64,000 nt of DNA from Piromyces finnis finn (Eukaryota > Fungi > Neocallimastigomycota): contig MCFH01000015.1 of the NCBI GenBank assembly GCA_002104945.1, positions 682,001 to 746,000 on the forward strand, in the 5' to 3' direction. Made by a program: the position numbers and the translations under genes. The notes beneath the pieces were generated by a model. The model worked only from the letters and a program-made list of their open reading frames with translations. It was not told the DNA's origin and did no database searches. Positions 13,124 to 25,956 of this stretch are shown here, one piece after another. Within the stretch, counting starts at the first letter, position 1; the number at the start of each line of letters is the position of its first letter.

Positions 13124-14201
13124 TAATGAAAAAATATATATAATTATTTGTCTCTATATAATAATTAATATATTCATTCAAGTATTTACTTTTAATCTAA
13201 ATAAAGCAATCTCTTTATATAATGAATATTCAGCATTCAGATGATATAGAAATTCAAATAATTTTTTGTTTTATTTTTCTTAGACTTTTTTTTTTTTTTT
13301 TTTTGTAGTAATAGAATAATGTTAGACTTTTTTTTTATTATTATTATAGTAATAGAATATTGTTAGAAGTAATTATTCAACTTTAAAAATTCAATGATAT
13401 TAAAAAAAAAAAAAAAAGCATGTGGATAGTTGGACGGCATTATAATAAATTAATAAATTTTTATGTTTGAAATCAGGTATCTATCCTAATACAACTAAAA
13501 TGACATAATAATTCAATTTAATGACAATTCAAGAAACCAAACCAAATTAGTCTATCAGCATTCTATATACACTGGTTTGCTTCAGATATATATTATTGTT
13601 ATTATTATTATTATTGTTATTAATAAGAGAGGTTCCAATTAAAAAAAAACTAATTAACACTTTAAAACCAATTTATATTATTTTTAAGAATAACAAAAAA
13701 GATAAAATAATGTTTTTTTTAAGTAATCATACTTTAAATAAAGAATTTAATAAAATTATATTTTGACATAATATAAATTAACCAGGAGGAGGGGTAGGGG
13801 AAAAATAAAAATAAAAACAATCCATTAAATAAGGAAAAATAACAAGTTATTATTATAATCATCAATGATATAATTTTTCTATTTTTCTTTTTTTTTCCCT
13901 TTTAAATAAGTTAGTCATTTATTAAAAGTAAATAAAGGAAAAATAGAAAAATAGAAATCAAAATTTCTATTCCTATTCATAATACTATTAAAATACCAAA
14001 ACAAAAAAAAAAAAAAAATTTTTTTTTTGCTAGTAATACTATATAGGTATATGCTATTTTCTTTAATACTTTTTATTATTAAATGTGTACACGATGTATA
14101 TATATTTTATTAGATAGATTATATCTATCTATTTTAATTAATATTCTATTTTATTTTTATTTTTAATTTAGTTTACTTTTTTATTATATTATTTCAAGAT
14201 T

Positions 14202-14247
<46 letters not shown>

Positions 14248-14252
<5 letters not shown>

Positions 14253-14628
14253 GCTTTAATAAAGCTTTAAACTCTTCTGGAAACTTTTTGTATCTTTGTT
14301 TAAGAGATTCCGGAACACCTTCTGGAAAAAGATCCTTGAGTGGTTGTGGAACACCATTTTTAAACATTTGAATAATTTCAGCTGGTTTCTTTCCTCTGAA
14401 TAAGCTTTTAACTTCTTCTGGTAAACCATTAGGATAACGTTCTTTAAGTTCTGGTGGCATTCCACCGAACATTTCCTTTAATTTTTCTTGACCATTATTT
14501 AAGTAGAAATAATACATTTCTTCTGGTATACCATTTGGGAAAATATCAGTTATTTTGGTATTTTCTGGGTTAGCCATAAGGTATTCAATTTTTTCAAACA
14601 TTTTTTGAAAGTCTGATGGTGGAGACAT
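14248..14628 (-). CDS. Small uncharacterised protein (126 aa) of ~12-aa [F/Y]P[N/E]GxPExLK repeats
   Basis: Intronless ORF, GC-richer than flanks. Repeats FPNGIPEEM, FGGMPPELKER, YPNGLPEEVKSL, FRGKKPAEIIQM, FKNGVPQPLKDL, FPEGVPESLKQR, YKKFPEEFKALL. Confidence 0.8.
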
Positions 14629-16069
14629 GGCGTTTTTCTATTTAAATATTAATTTTATTATATGTACAATATGAATTTTCTATTTTATATCTATCTCTAT
14701 CAAAAAGTATTATTACAATATAAAAGGTATAAAAATAAGAATATTAGAATTATAATGTATTACAAAAATTTCTAAAGAATTTTAATTTCGAAGAATAATG
14801 CAACTAATTTTTATTTTTTATATTTTCAATTCCACAAATTCTTTTTTTATTTTCAATTAATATCCATAATTAAAATGTTTATTTTTTTTATTTGTTATCT
14901 CGATTGAAAAAAATATTCTATATATGCATATATATATATTTAGTAAAAAATAATTCCTTATTCCTCTTTTTCAATATTATTGTTTTTGTTATTCTTATAT
15001 ATTTAAACGTTAATATATCTATTTATTCTTACTATTCATCTAAAATTGAATTCTTTTAAAATTTATAAAGTAATCTTTACTTTTATAATGGAAATTATAA
15101 TTATCCAATGATAACAAGTATTATCCACTTCAAAAAAAAAAAAAAAGACTATTATTTTATTTGTCTTGTAAAATACTAATTTACTAAATAAACATATATA
15201 TTATTTTGGAAAATTTCAAATTTCAACTATAAAAGAATGGAAAGTGTCAGCAAAACAACAATTACTTTATATAATTTAACGATAGCTTTCACTTAATAGA
15301 TTTATTATTATACTGTTGTATTAATAGGCTAAAAAAATTATTGTATTATATTGTATTTTCTATTATTCTCATTGACTTTACCTTGCTTTACTATTTTTGT
15401 TTTTTTTTAGAAAAAAAAAAAAGAAAAGGTTTACATATAAAAAGAAAAAAATTTTTTTAATTAATTTAAATAAGAATTTACTTGTATGGCTTATATAAAT
15501 TTAATTATAGTAAAAATATATTTACAATTAATATATTATATATTTTTTGTGGCTATTATAAAATAAATGACATATTAATTTAATATATAATTTTTCAAAA
15601 TTTATCCACTTTTTTGTAATTTAAACACACACAAACACACACAAACACACGCATCCCATTCCCATTCACCTACACCATTAATTAGCCTACACTTTACTAT
15701 TAAATCAATAAATTTCATCCATCCTTATATTTAAAAGTTTTTTTTATTATTTATTTTTTTTTAAATGAAAAGTTGTTTATTTAAAAAAAAAGTATAATAT
15801 AATAAATATATTATAACAATTTTTTCTTCTAAACATCATTGTATATAAACATTCTCTATTTTTATTTATTCTAAATCTAATTTCAAAAGTTTATAAACAT
15901 TTTGTACTTATATACATAAAAGATACTAGTATCAAACATTGTTCTATTCATAAAACAATTGGTAAAATAGTAATTGTTTTTTTTTTTAACATTTATAATA
16001 GTAAAACCTATGATAAAGTTAAAAGATAAAGAAGAAAAAAGAAACAAAAATTTTCTTTCTTTAAAGCAT

Positions 16070-16309
16070 TTAGAGTTGAGCTTGCATTTCCTTAAGGTAA
16101 GCTAATAAATCAGCTGGTGGACCATCCTTGAAAATCTTAAGATCTTCTGGAACTTGACCTTCTGGGAAAAGAGCCTTTAACTTTGGTGGCATTTGACCTG
16201 GTTCACCACCTTCAAAGAGATCCTTTGGTGGACCATTTGGGAAAAGCTTCTTCCAGGATTCTGGAGCACCGTTTGGGAAGTATTTCTTAACGACTTCTGG
16301 GACTGGCAT
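16070..16309 (-). CDS. Small uncharacterised protein (79 aa), paralogue with FPNG/FPEG repeats
   Basis: YFPNGAPESWKKLFPNGPPKDLFEGG..LFPEGQVPEDLKIFKDGPP. Biased codons (AAG, TTC, CCA, GGT) against an AT-rich background. Upstream AGTATAAATA TATA-like motif. Confidence 0.82.
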   Translation of the reverse strand: MPVPEVVKKYFPNGAPESWKKLFPNGPPKDLFEGGEPGQMPPKLKALFPEGQVPEDLKIFKDGPPADLLAYLKEMQAQL

Positions 16310-18088
16310 GATGATTTTTAATAAATAAATTTATAATGAATAATTAAAAAAAATAAAAATTTCATTTTGAAATAAAGCCATCGGTATTTATACTTTTTTT
16401 TTTTTTTTTAAAAAAAATATTTAATTGATAATTTATCAAAAAACAAAAGAATCAATGCTTTCTTATCTTTGTATATTACAATATAATGATAACATATAGT
16501 AAATATATATAGATCAATTAAAAAGTATATATTTATTTATATTCATTTGTATTTTTTATTTTCTTTTATGGAAATAATAAAAAAAAGGCACTTTTTTTTT
16601 TTTAATAAAAACAACGTTTCATATTTTTATTAATTATTAATGTTCTATTTCCAAAAAAAAAAAAATAAACAAATTGAAATATTTTATCCATTCATTCGAT
16701 TTCTATGGATAGGAAAAGAAAATGAAATGAGTGGTGAAAACAAACCATAAAAAAAAAATACCAAATTTGATCCAATTTTATAATTTTAAAACAATTTTTC
16801 TAATTTCTTTTTTAATTTTCTTTGTTGTTTTTAATAGATTTTAAAATTAATTTTTATATTAATTTTCCTTTATTAGGAATAATTAAATTTTAATTTAATT
16901 TAACATAAAAAATTAGATTTTATAATAAATTAAAAAATGAAACCAGATAAAAACTTTATTTATTATTAAAATTGATCTACCTCTATGAATTAAATTAAAT
17001 TAATATAATTCTATATATTAATTATATGGATGATTTTTATTTTCAAATTTAATTATTCGTTCCTACAAAATTAAAAAACATTTTTTTTTTTAAAAAAAAA
17101 ATAAAGTTTTATTAAATTTAATTATTTAACATTTCTCTTATAGAAAATGAAAAATGATATAAAATAAAAAAAGATAGAAATAAACATTCTGTCCATTTAA
17201 TATTGGAATTAGTAAAAAAAGAAGAGGAATGCATGGTAATGAATTGTTTATCACTAAATACTATTTCTTTTTTTTTTTTCTTTTTTTACTTATTCTTTTT
17301 TTAATTTAATGTTTTTCTGTCTTTCTTGTTTATTTTATCGAGGTGGTTTGTTTATTTTTTTGGCATATATTATTGATTCAATTTTAATATATTATCCTTT
17401 ATATATATAATAAATAAAATATATAGAAAAAATTTGTTTTGTTTCATAAAATTTTAAAACAAATTATAAACTAATCTATTAATAAGTTGTGTAACCTAAT
17501 TATTTTTTAATTAAAATAATTAATTACAAAATATTAAAAAAAAAAAAGTAAACAAAACAAAAAAAAGAAAAGAAAAGCATGATGAGAGATGGTTTGAATG
17601 TATTGCTATTGAGATGGTTACTATGAAGTTGTTATTATGAATTGTTGTTATATAGTTGTGATTATGAAATGTTGTTTTGTGGTGTTATTATGATGAATTA
17701 TTGTTCATAGGATAAGTTTTGATGAGAAACTTTTATTATTCTTATACGATTTTATTATGAGATATTGTTATGTGGCGTTATTACAAGTTTTAAGTTGCTT
17801 CTATAAGACATTACTATAGAATTATTATTATTAAAGTATTGTTATTATTACAATGAGTTTGTTATTATAAAGTTGTCATTAGAAGATATTGCTTTTTTTA
17901 TTGTGAAAGCTACTGACACTCCATAAAACAGCACAGCAGCAGTATTGATAAGCGATTGGACTCTGTGAGTTTTATTTTTGTTGGAGCCAAGTAATGGAGC
18001 ATAATAAGAGATTTAACTTATAATATAGGAATGAATGACTGTATTTTTTAAACCAATAAGAGCACAATTGTTGGTAAGAAAGCTCTTG

Positions 18089-18209
18089 AAAGATAATAAA
18101 GATTTTTTAAACTTTTATGAACATGTTAAAAAGATAATAAAGATTTTTTAAACTTTTATGAACATGTTAAAAAGATAATAAAGATTTTTTAAACTTTTAT
18201 GAACATGTT
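18089..18209 (+). repeat. Three tandem copies of a 40-41-bp unit inside LINE debris
   Basis: AAAGATAATAAAGATTTTTTAAACTTTTATGAACATGTTA x3. Confidence 0.95.
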
Positions 18210-18399
18210 AGATAGAATAGGAGTCAGAAAAAGATCTTCATTGAAAGGGAATTCCAAGATAGGTAGAGCAGGAAATCTTTGGAATCGAGTACATACCGAT
18301 GTAAAATGTTGGGTCTGCATAACTAGAGGATCTATTAAAGTTGATAGGTTTAACACCAACAAATTGCACACTTGTTTATTCCAAAAGATATTTCATTTA

Positions 18400-18610
18400 A
18401 ATTAACCCAATCAAGAACTAGATTAAGCACGTTTCTTGGATATGCTCTCTAATGAATTTCCTATCAACTGTGGTGTAAGAAAAGGATGTCCTCTTTCTCT
18501 TATTCTATTTAATCTCTTCATCAACGATATTTTAAATAAATGTGAAAGGCTTGGTGTTAGTTTATGAAATAAACGTTGCTGTGATGGCCTTTTTGCTAAT
18601 GATGGCATTG
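18400..18610 (+). mobile_element. Degraded non-LTR (LINE) reverse transcriptase fragment
   Basis: Translates FPINCGVRKGCPLSLILFNLFINDILNKCERLGVSL*NKRCCDGLFANDGIV, matching the LINE RT motifs GVRQGCPLSPxLFN and FADD. Confidence 0.85.
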
Positions 18611-18699
18611 TTTTGCAAGAGTTTTAGAGGTAGAAATGGAGAAACGGGACCATTAATATCCTATGCTATTTGATTAATATGATAGAAACGGATGACTCT

Positions 18700-19230
18700 T
18701 TCCCAAAAACTACAATTTAAGCTATGATTTGTAGCATCAGATGCAAGATTTTCATAATGTTCAGTCCAACGTTTTAGTTGTTGTTCTTTTAGAGAAAATA
18801 AACCCTTACCATTTCTTGTCCTTAATGATTGAAACATGTAAGGAAGAATTAACTTGGTTTGACAAGTTTTCTAAGGCTTTTCCAATCTTGTCTAAAAATT
18901 TTGTCGAAAGAGTGTTTTGCCGAAAGAGTGTTTACCAATAGAGACAGCATTTGCTTTACAAAGATGGGATCTGAATTTACTCTTAACCTTTTTGATAGTA
19001 TTACATAAATTTTGGTGAAGGTAATTTTCCATGTTAGCACAATCCGAGAGAGCTTAATATTTTCGTAAGCCAGGTGTTTTTCATGTGATAAATTTGTGTT
19101 GTGCTGTATTGAGGGCAATGGAATGTTGAACCTTTTAAATACACAGGCACAATGGTTTTTTTAATTTCTTTACCTATAGCTTTGGAAGTATCTAAAAATT
19201 TGGAAACCCTATCATCAGCTGATAGAAAAT
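18700..19230 (-). mobile_element. Degraded LINE ORF2 pre-RT linker fragment, inverted relative to the RT fragment
   Basis: Minus-strand KEQQLKRWTEHYENLASDATNHSLNCSFWER resembles the RWxEH[FY]xxL motif upstream of LINE RT. Multiple frameshifts. Confidence 0.6.
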
Positions 19231-19809
19231 GATTATAAAAGATAAAGGAATGTTACGTTGTTGTATATCATATATAAATAAATAATATTATTTTCTTTTT
19301 TTTTTTTTCACTGATAATAACAATTTTATTAATACACTTAAAATATTTTAACAACAAACTTTTTTCAACGATTCTTTTTTTTTTTTTTTTTTTTCTTATA
19401 GAGATTTTTTTATTCTCAAATATTTATAAACATTTTTATAAATGAATTATTTTTGAAAAATAAAAAGAAAAAGAAAAAAAAAATAAAATGAAAAAAAAAA
19501 AAAACAAATTGAAAAAAAAAAAAATAAAATAAAAAAAAAAAGTTATAAATTAATAGGAAACATAATAAAGTAATATTATATAATATATATAGAAAGAAAG
19601 AAAGAAAGAAAGTAGAAAATTATTTTTTTAATTGAGAAAAAAAAAATAGAATAAGGGAATGAATAATATTATACAAAGATTAAAAAAAAAAGGAATTTAT
19701 CTAATAAAATACAAATATATATTAAACATAAACAAATTTATAATAAAAAAATAATAAAGATAAAAATAAAAACAAAAATGTGTAAAACATTTTTTTTCTT
19801 TATTTTTTA

Positions 19810-20770
19810 GTGGGTCAATTTTTTTTTATCTTCAAGGAAAGTTTAATAAAGATGGGTAAATCCTCTATAATCAATCCACTACTATTTTATTTAAATTATG
19901 CCATTTTTTATTATTTTATTTGACATTGATTTTACTGCTACGTTAAAAGGAAAATCCAAATATAATAAAACTTTCCTTTATTTAAAAAATTGACCCATCA
20001 CTTTATAAAGGAAAGTGAGTCCATCAAACTCATCCTTTATTTCAAATTGACTTGTCATTTCTTCCCAGAAAGCTAAAAAATATCAGTTAATCCCTTATTA
20101 AGAAATGATTTGTCGGTTTTACTTTTTATGCATATAAAAAGTTAACTTAATCCTTATCTAGAATTGGTCCTAAGATATACATTAAGTAATCAACTACTCT
20201 TTATCCTTAGAGTTAAGCTTGCTTTTCATAATAAAAAGTTGATTAATCAATTAAGAGTTGACTTATTTATTTTTTAAAAGGTATGCTAATAAATCAGCTA
20301 TCCTTTTAAAAACTAATTTATTATTTTTTTTTATTTATTTATTTTCAAGGAAAGTTAATCAAATCTCCTTTATTTTAAAAAGTGAATCTATTGTTTTCTA
20401 ATAAAAAAATTAAAACATGCCACACTAGCCTGCTTATCTTTTCATGTTTTTCATTACTTTATTTGAAATTGATTTACTATTCATTTAAGGAAGTTTAAAA
20501 TTCAATTCATTAACTATCCTTTATTATTCAAAGTTAATTTGTTATTTTTTTCTAAAAAAAATTTAATAAAATAAAAGAAAAACAGTTATTCCTTATTTAA
20601 AGGAATTTAACTTTTTTTATATATATAAAAATATTTACAAAAAGCCAATAAAATTAGCCTTAATCTTAAAAGATATACTAATTAATCAGTAATCTTTTAA
20701 TTAAGAGTTGACCTATTTATTCTTAAAAGGTATGCTAATAAATCAGCTATCCTTTATTCAAAGTTGAATT
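19810..20770. repeat. Degenerate ~60-bp minisatellite array (AAGGAAAG..AATCAGCTATCCTTT..AAAGTTGAC), partly inverted
   Basis: AAGGTATGCTAATAAATCAGCTATCCTTT occurs at ~20278 and ~20727, with many looser copies. Inverted pair GGGTCAATTTT..AAGGAAAGT (~19812) / ACTTTCCTT..AAAATTGACCC (~19970). Confidence 0.65.
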
Positions 20771-20789
20771 TACTTTTTTTTTCTTCTTC

Positions 20790-21035
20790 TTCCTTTGGGA
20801 TTTCCTAATAAATCAGATGGTAGATCATCCTTGAAAAAAAAATATTTAAGATCTCCTAGTTACACCAGTTTTATTTAAAAAAAAAAAAAAAAAAGGCTTG
20901 ATAATATTTGACCTTGCTTCAATATCTTTTGAAAGAAATCCTTTGGTAGATTATTAAAAAGAAAAGTTTTTTCCAAACTTGAAAAGAATTGGTCTAAAGC
21001 ATTTATCATAATAACTATGGTGAAATAGCGATCAT
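20790..21035 (-). pseudogene. Decayed copy of the 16070-16309 FPNG-repeat gene
   Basis: CTAATAAATCAGATGGTAGATCATCCTTGAAA..TTAAGATCTCCT aligns with CTAATAAATCAGCTGGTGGACCATCCTTGAAAATCTTAAGATCTTCT. Collinear to an ATG at 21035 and the upstream GTATAAAT motif. Frameshifts and a poly-A insertion are present. Confidence 0.8.
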
Positions 21036-21477
21036 GATAAATTTTTTGTTGTTATTATTGTTCTTTAATTTTATATTATTTTATATATTTATATATATAA
21101 AATAATATAAAATTAAAGAGCAAAGAAATAAATAAAAATATGGAAAAATTATGATGCATTTATACTTTTTTTTTTTTTTAATCCCTACGTCATCGTCACA
21201 TTTTTTTTTAATTTATTACCTTCACACTTTTGACTTTTTTTTTTTTACCGTTTGATACAATTTTTTTTAATTAAAAAGATTTTAAAATCTTCGGCGGTTA
21301 ATATTCAGTTTTTCCATTTTTTTTTTTTTTTAATTTAAATTTTTAAATAATAAATTTATATATATACAAAATCAATAGAAAGAATATAATGAAAATAAAG
21401 TTTTTATAGTATACATTTCCATCTATTTAAAAAATATATTTTTTTTTTATTTTATTTTTTATTATATAATAAAATGT

Positions 21478-22410
<933 letters not shown>

Positions 22411-24062
22411 TTTAAAAAAAAAAAAAAAGGAAAAATATATATAATTAATTAAAGGCATTAAAATAATTCAATTGTAAATACATTTTTATATATTTTTAAT
22501 ATAGAAAAGATATTATAAATTATATTTTATTTTTCTACTGACTTTTAACTAATTAATAGATGATATGTAAATATGTTAGGGATATAATTTTTTAAAAAAA
22601 AATATCACATCAATGACTTAAATAATAGGTATACAAAGTATATAAAAAATATTCTAATGGGTATAATCTATCAATTATTTAGTTTATAATGCAGTTTACT
22701 GTTTTAAAATATATATTCATTTATAAAAAGAAAGTACTGGTATTAATTATTTAATTATATAAATAATAAATCATTTTAAAAGGAATACATTTTAAATAGA
22801 AAAAATAAAAAAATAGTTTTTCCTTTTTTTTTTTATTAAATAAAGAAAAAAGGGTTAATTCAAAGTTCTAACCTTCCCTGTCTTCAAATAGATTAGACTT
22901 TTTTTTATTTATATAATCATATTTTATATATAGATATATAGAGAAATAGAATCAAAAATAGTATATTATATATTATATAGACATGATATCATAATTATCT
23001 TTTTTCGGAAAAGTAAACAACACTTTGTTAGAGATGATGATTAAAGAACAGTAATATGTATGAATTATATTCTTTTAAAAAAGATATTATAATTATTATA
23101 TAATTATATAATTTATATCAACCGAAAAGGTATAGTGTATTGAACGGATAAACTTTTTATTATGAAAAATATTGTTTTTTTTTAAAAAAAAAAAATTGTT
23201 TATTGCACAGTCTAACTCTTCGATCCATTCTTCTATATTGTTGTTTTTGGTTTACTTTTTTTTTTTGTAATTTCATATTATTGTAAAAAACAATAATTTA
23301 TATTTATTTAAAATTTGGTATCCTTTATTTGTTATTTGATCTTTATTATATAAAGTAGATGTTTTGTAGCTCTTTCCAAGTTATTTTAAATCTATATCAA
23401 ATATATATGTTCTTTTTTTTTCAATTGTATAGATTAATTCTTTTGACGATCATCTTTTTATATAAATACTTTTTTTAACCTTTACTTTAACTAGAGATAT
23501 ATATTGATTTGACTATTTATTTTTATATTAAAATTTTATTCTTTTATTATATTATAAATAAAAGCATTCTCACAAGGATAAATAAACAATTGAATAAAAA
23601 GATACCTCATGTCTTGTATAGTATATTTTAATTAATGAAAAAAAAAAAAGTAACATTTTCTTCTTTCTTTCTCTTCTTGAATTATTACTAATTATTTTTT
23701 GAAAATTTTAAAAATTTTATTAATAAATAAGAAAAGAGAATTATTTGATGATCGATATTTGTTAGAACTAGTCTTATTATCTTGGTCTTAACTGTTTCTA
23801 TTGCTATTTATCTATAGTGTAAAGAAAATCACAAAAACAATTTCAATTTGAAAAACCAATAATGGGCGATTATTCCCTTTACCAACAATAATAAACTTTT
23901 TTTTATTTTATAATAATAAAAAGTATTTTAATATATAAAAAATGTTGATATACTTCGTTGTCATTTTTTTTTTTTCTTTTGTTAAACGTTAAATTTCAGA
24001 ATACATGTAAATATAATTAACGATTAAAAAGAATAAATAAGAGAGTATTATGTATTATGGTC

Positions 24063-24128
<66 letters not shown>
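24063..24128 (+). repeat. (AAT)n microsatellite
   Basis: Direct reading of the sequence. Confidence 0.95.
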
Positions 24129-24133
<5 letters not shown>

Positions 24134-25161
24134 GGTGATCTAATTAATAAATGTTCTATTTTATTTTTTCTTAATCTATTATATGAAAATGATAAAAAAA
24201 ACTTTTTTTTTTTTTTAATAGCAAACAAAAAATAACAATAGAGAGAGATAGGCAGACTTAACAATATAATAAAAAATAAACCTTTATATATATTAACTGG
24301 TTATATTCAAGTAATCACTATAAATTAAGTTTAATATTGAAAAACCGCTTTAGTAAAACTAGGTCATACTTATATCTTCTTACTAAGACTCTTTTTTTTT
24401 AACTTAACCTTTTATTTATTATAATTAATAAAGTTACTTTTTTTTTTTTTTTTTAAAAAAATAATAGGAAAAAAGACATTTTGAAAAAGAGTATGGAAAT
24501 TGTATTAAACTTGTAATTTAATAATCATTTCATTTCTAGTCAATTTATTTTTATATTATTTTATTGTTTATTTATTTTTTTTAATTTAATTCTTTTTATA
24601 TATATTATTTATTACTTTAGTTATAATTTATAATTTATTAGTATTTAATGTTTTATTTTCTATAATAGTTTTTTTTAAAAAAAACTTTAATAATAATAAT
24701 AAAAATAAAGGTAAAAAGAAAATTAAGAGTATTATTCTTTATATTACATTTCTATTATTTATTTTTATTACCATTAATTGAATTTCCGTTTTGGTTTTTT
24801 ATTTTATTTTTTTAATTTATTTATTTGTTTGTTTGTTGTTGTTGTTGTTGTTTGATTTATTTTTATTTTTTATTGTTTAAATTATAATTTTGTTTTGTTT
24901 TATTTTTTATTTCATTTTATTTTTTTTTGTAATTTTGAAAGATTTATGTTTCTATATTTATTATATTAAATTTTGTTTTGGTTTATTTCTTTTCTTTTCT
25001 TTTTTTTTTTTTTGAAATTGAGTCCATTTTATTTATCAAAAAAAAAAATTAAAAAAAATAAAATCTCTTTTATTTATTATTATTTTTTTTTTACTTTCCT
25101 AATATTTTATATTCATATTTAAATTTTAATAAAAATGATTTATTAATTAATAGTTTTTTTT

Positions 25162-25956
25162 TTAGTAATTATTGTAAAATAACTTACTGCTTACTGGAGC
25201 AAATGGAATAAGAAGTGGAGTGGAAGAAGCATAGGTTTGGAATTCATTGTTTTCAGCATAATTTCTCTTTTGTTTCTTATCAAGAGAGGAGGCAGCACTT
25301 ATCATAATGAAAACAATACAAACGTATCCAAAGCAAGCAGCTAACCATTGCCAGACACCTTGTAAGGCATTAATACCTGAAACAAAAATACCAGTCCAGA
25401 ATAAAATTTCACCAAGATAATTTGGGCAACGAACAATTTTATAGAGACCAATATCACAGAAACGAGTTGGGTTCTTTTTCTTTGAAGTAAACTTTTGATA
25501 GTCCCCTACACCTTCAAAGAAAATACCTAAACAGGAAATGACAATACCAATGTAAATTAAAATGGAGTTAAAAGCACCATTTTGAAGTCTAAATAAAACT
25601 GGAGAAACTTCACAAACGTAAATAAAAGCACATGGAAGCCAAATAGAAATCTTTGAAACTAAAGAATGTGGTTTTTCTGGCTTTTCTTCTTCTTGCTTAT
25701 TTTTATCCTTGTTGATGTATGAGGAAGAACCTTCACGAATGTAAAGGAAAGAACCAAGTCTGCAACCGTAAACTATGAAAAGAACATTTAAAATAGCAGT
25801 AGATAGAGTTAAATTATTTCTAAATATAATAAGGTTAGCAATACCCATAGCAACAACTGAAAAAGCATAACCAAGAGAAAGGAACCACATAAATTTAATA
25901 AAACCTAAAGCAGTCAAAGCAACTGCAACAAGGTAAAGAATAAGAAAAGATGACAT
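25162..25956 (-). CDS. DUF1295 / steroid 5-alpha-reductase-like multi-pass membrane protein
   Basis: Intronless 264 aa with ~6-7 hydrophobic segments. Motifs FFEGVGDYQK and GLYKIVRCPNYLGEILFW (cf. RHPNYFGE). Confidence 0.85.
   Translation of the reverse strand: MSSFLILYLVAVALTALGFIKFMWFLSLGYAFSVVAMGIANLIIFRNNLTLSTAILNVLFIVYGCRLGSFLYIREGSSSYINKDKNKQEEEKPEKPHSLVSKISIWLPCAFIYVCEVSPVLFRLQNGAFNSILIYIGIVISCLGIFFEGVGDYQKFTSKKKNPTRFCDIGLYKIVRCPNYLGEILFWTGIFVSGINALQGVWQWLAACFGYVCIVFIMISAASSLDKKQKRNYAENNEFQTYASSTPLLIPFAPVSSKLFYNNY

Noticed and set aside
12130-13600. Short coding-like patches (e.g. NLNKAISLY, Sel1-like)
   Set aside because: No open, splice-compatible gene model, and the similarity is too short to support.
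14205-14250. ~45-nt poly(A) directly after the stop codon of the intronless 126-aa gene (retrocopy signature)
   Set aside because: Homopolymers of 20-45 nt are common throughout this window, and I found no target-site duplication.
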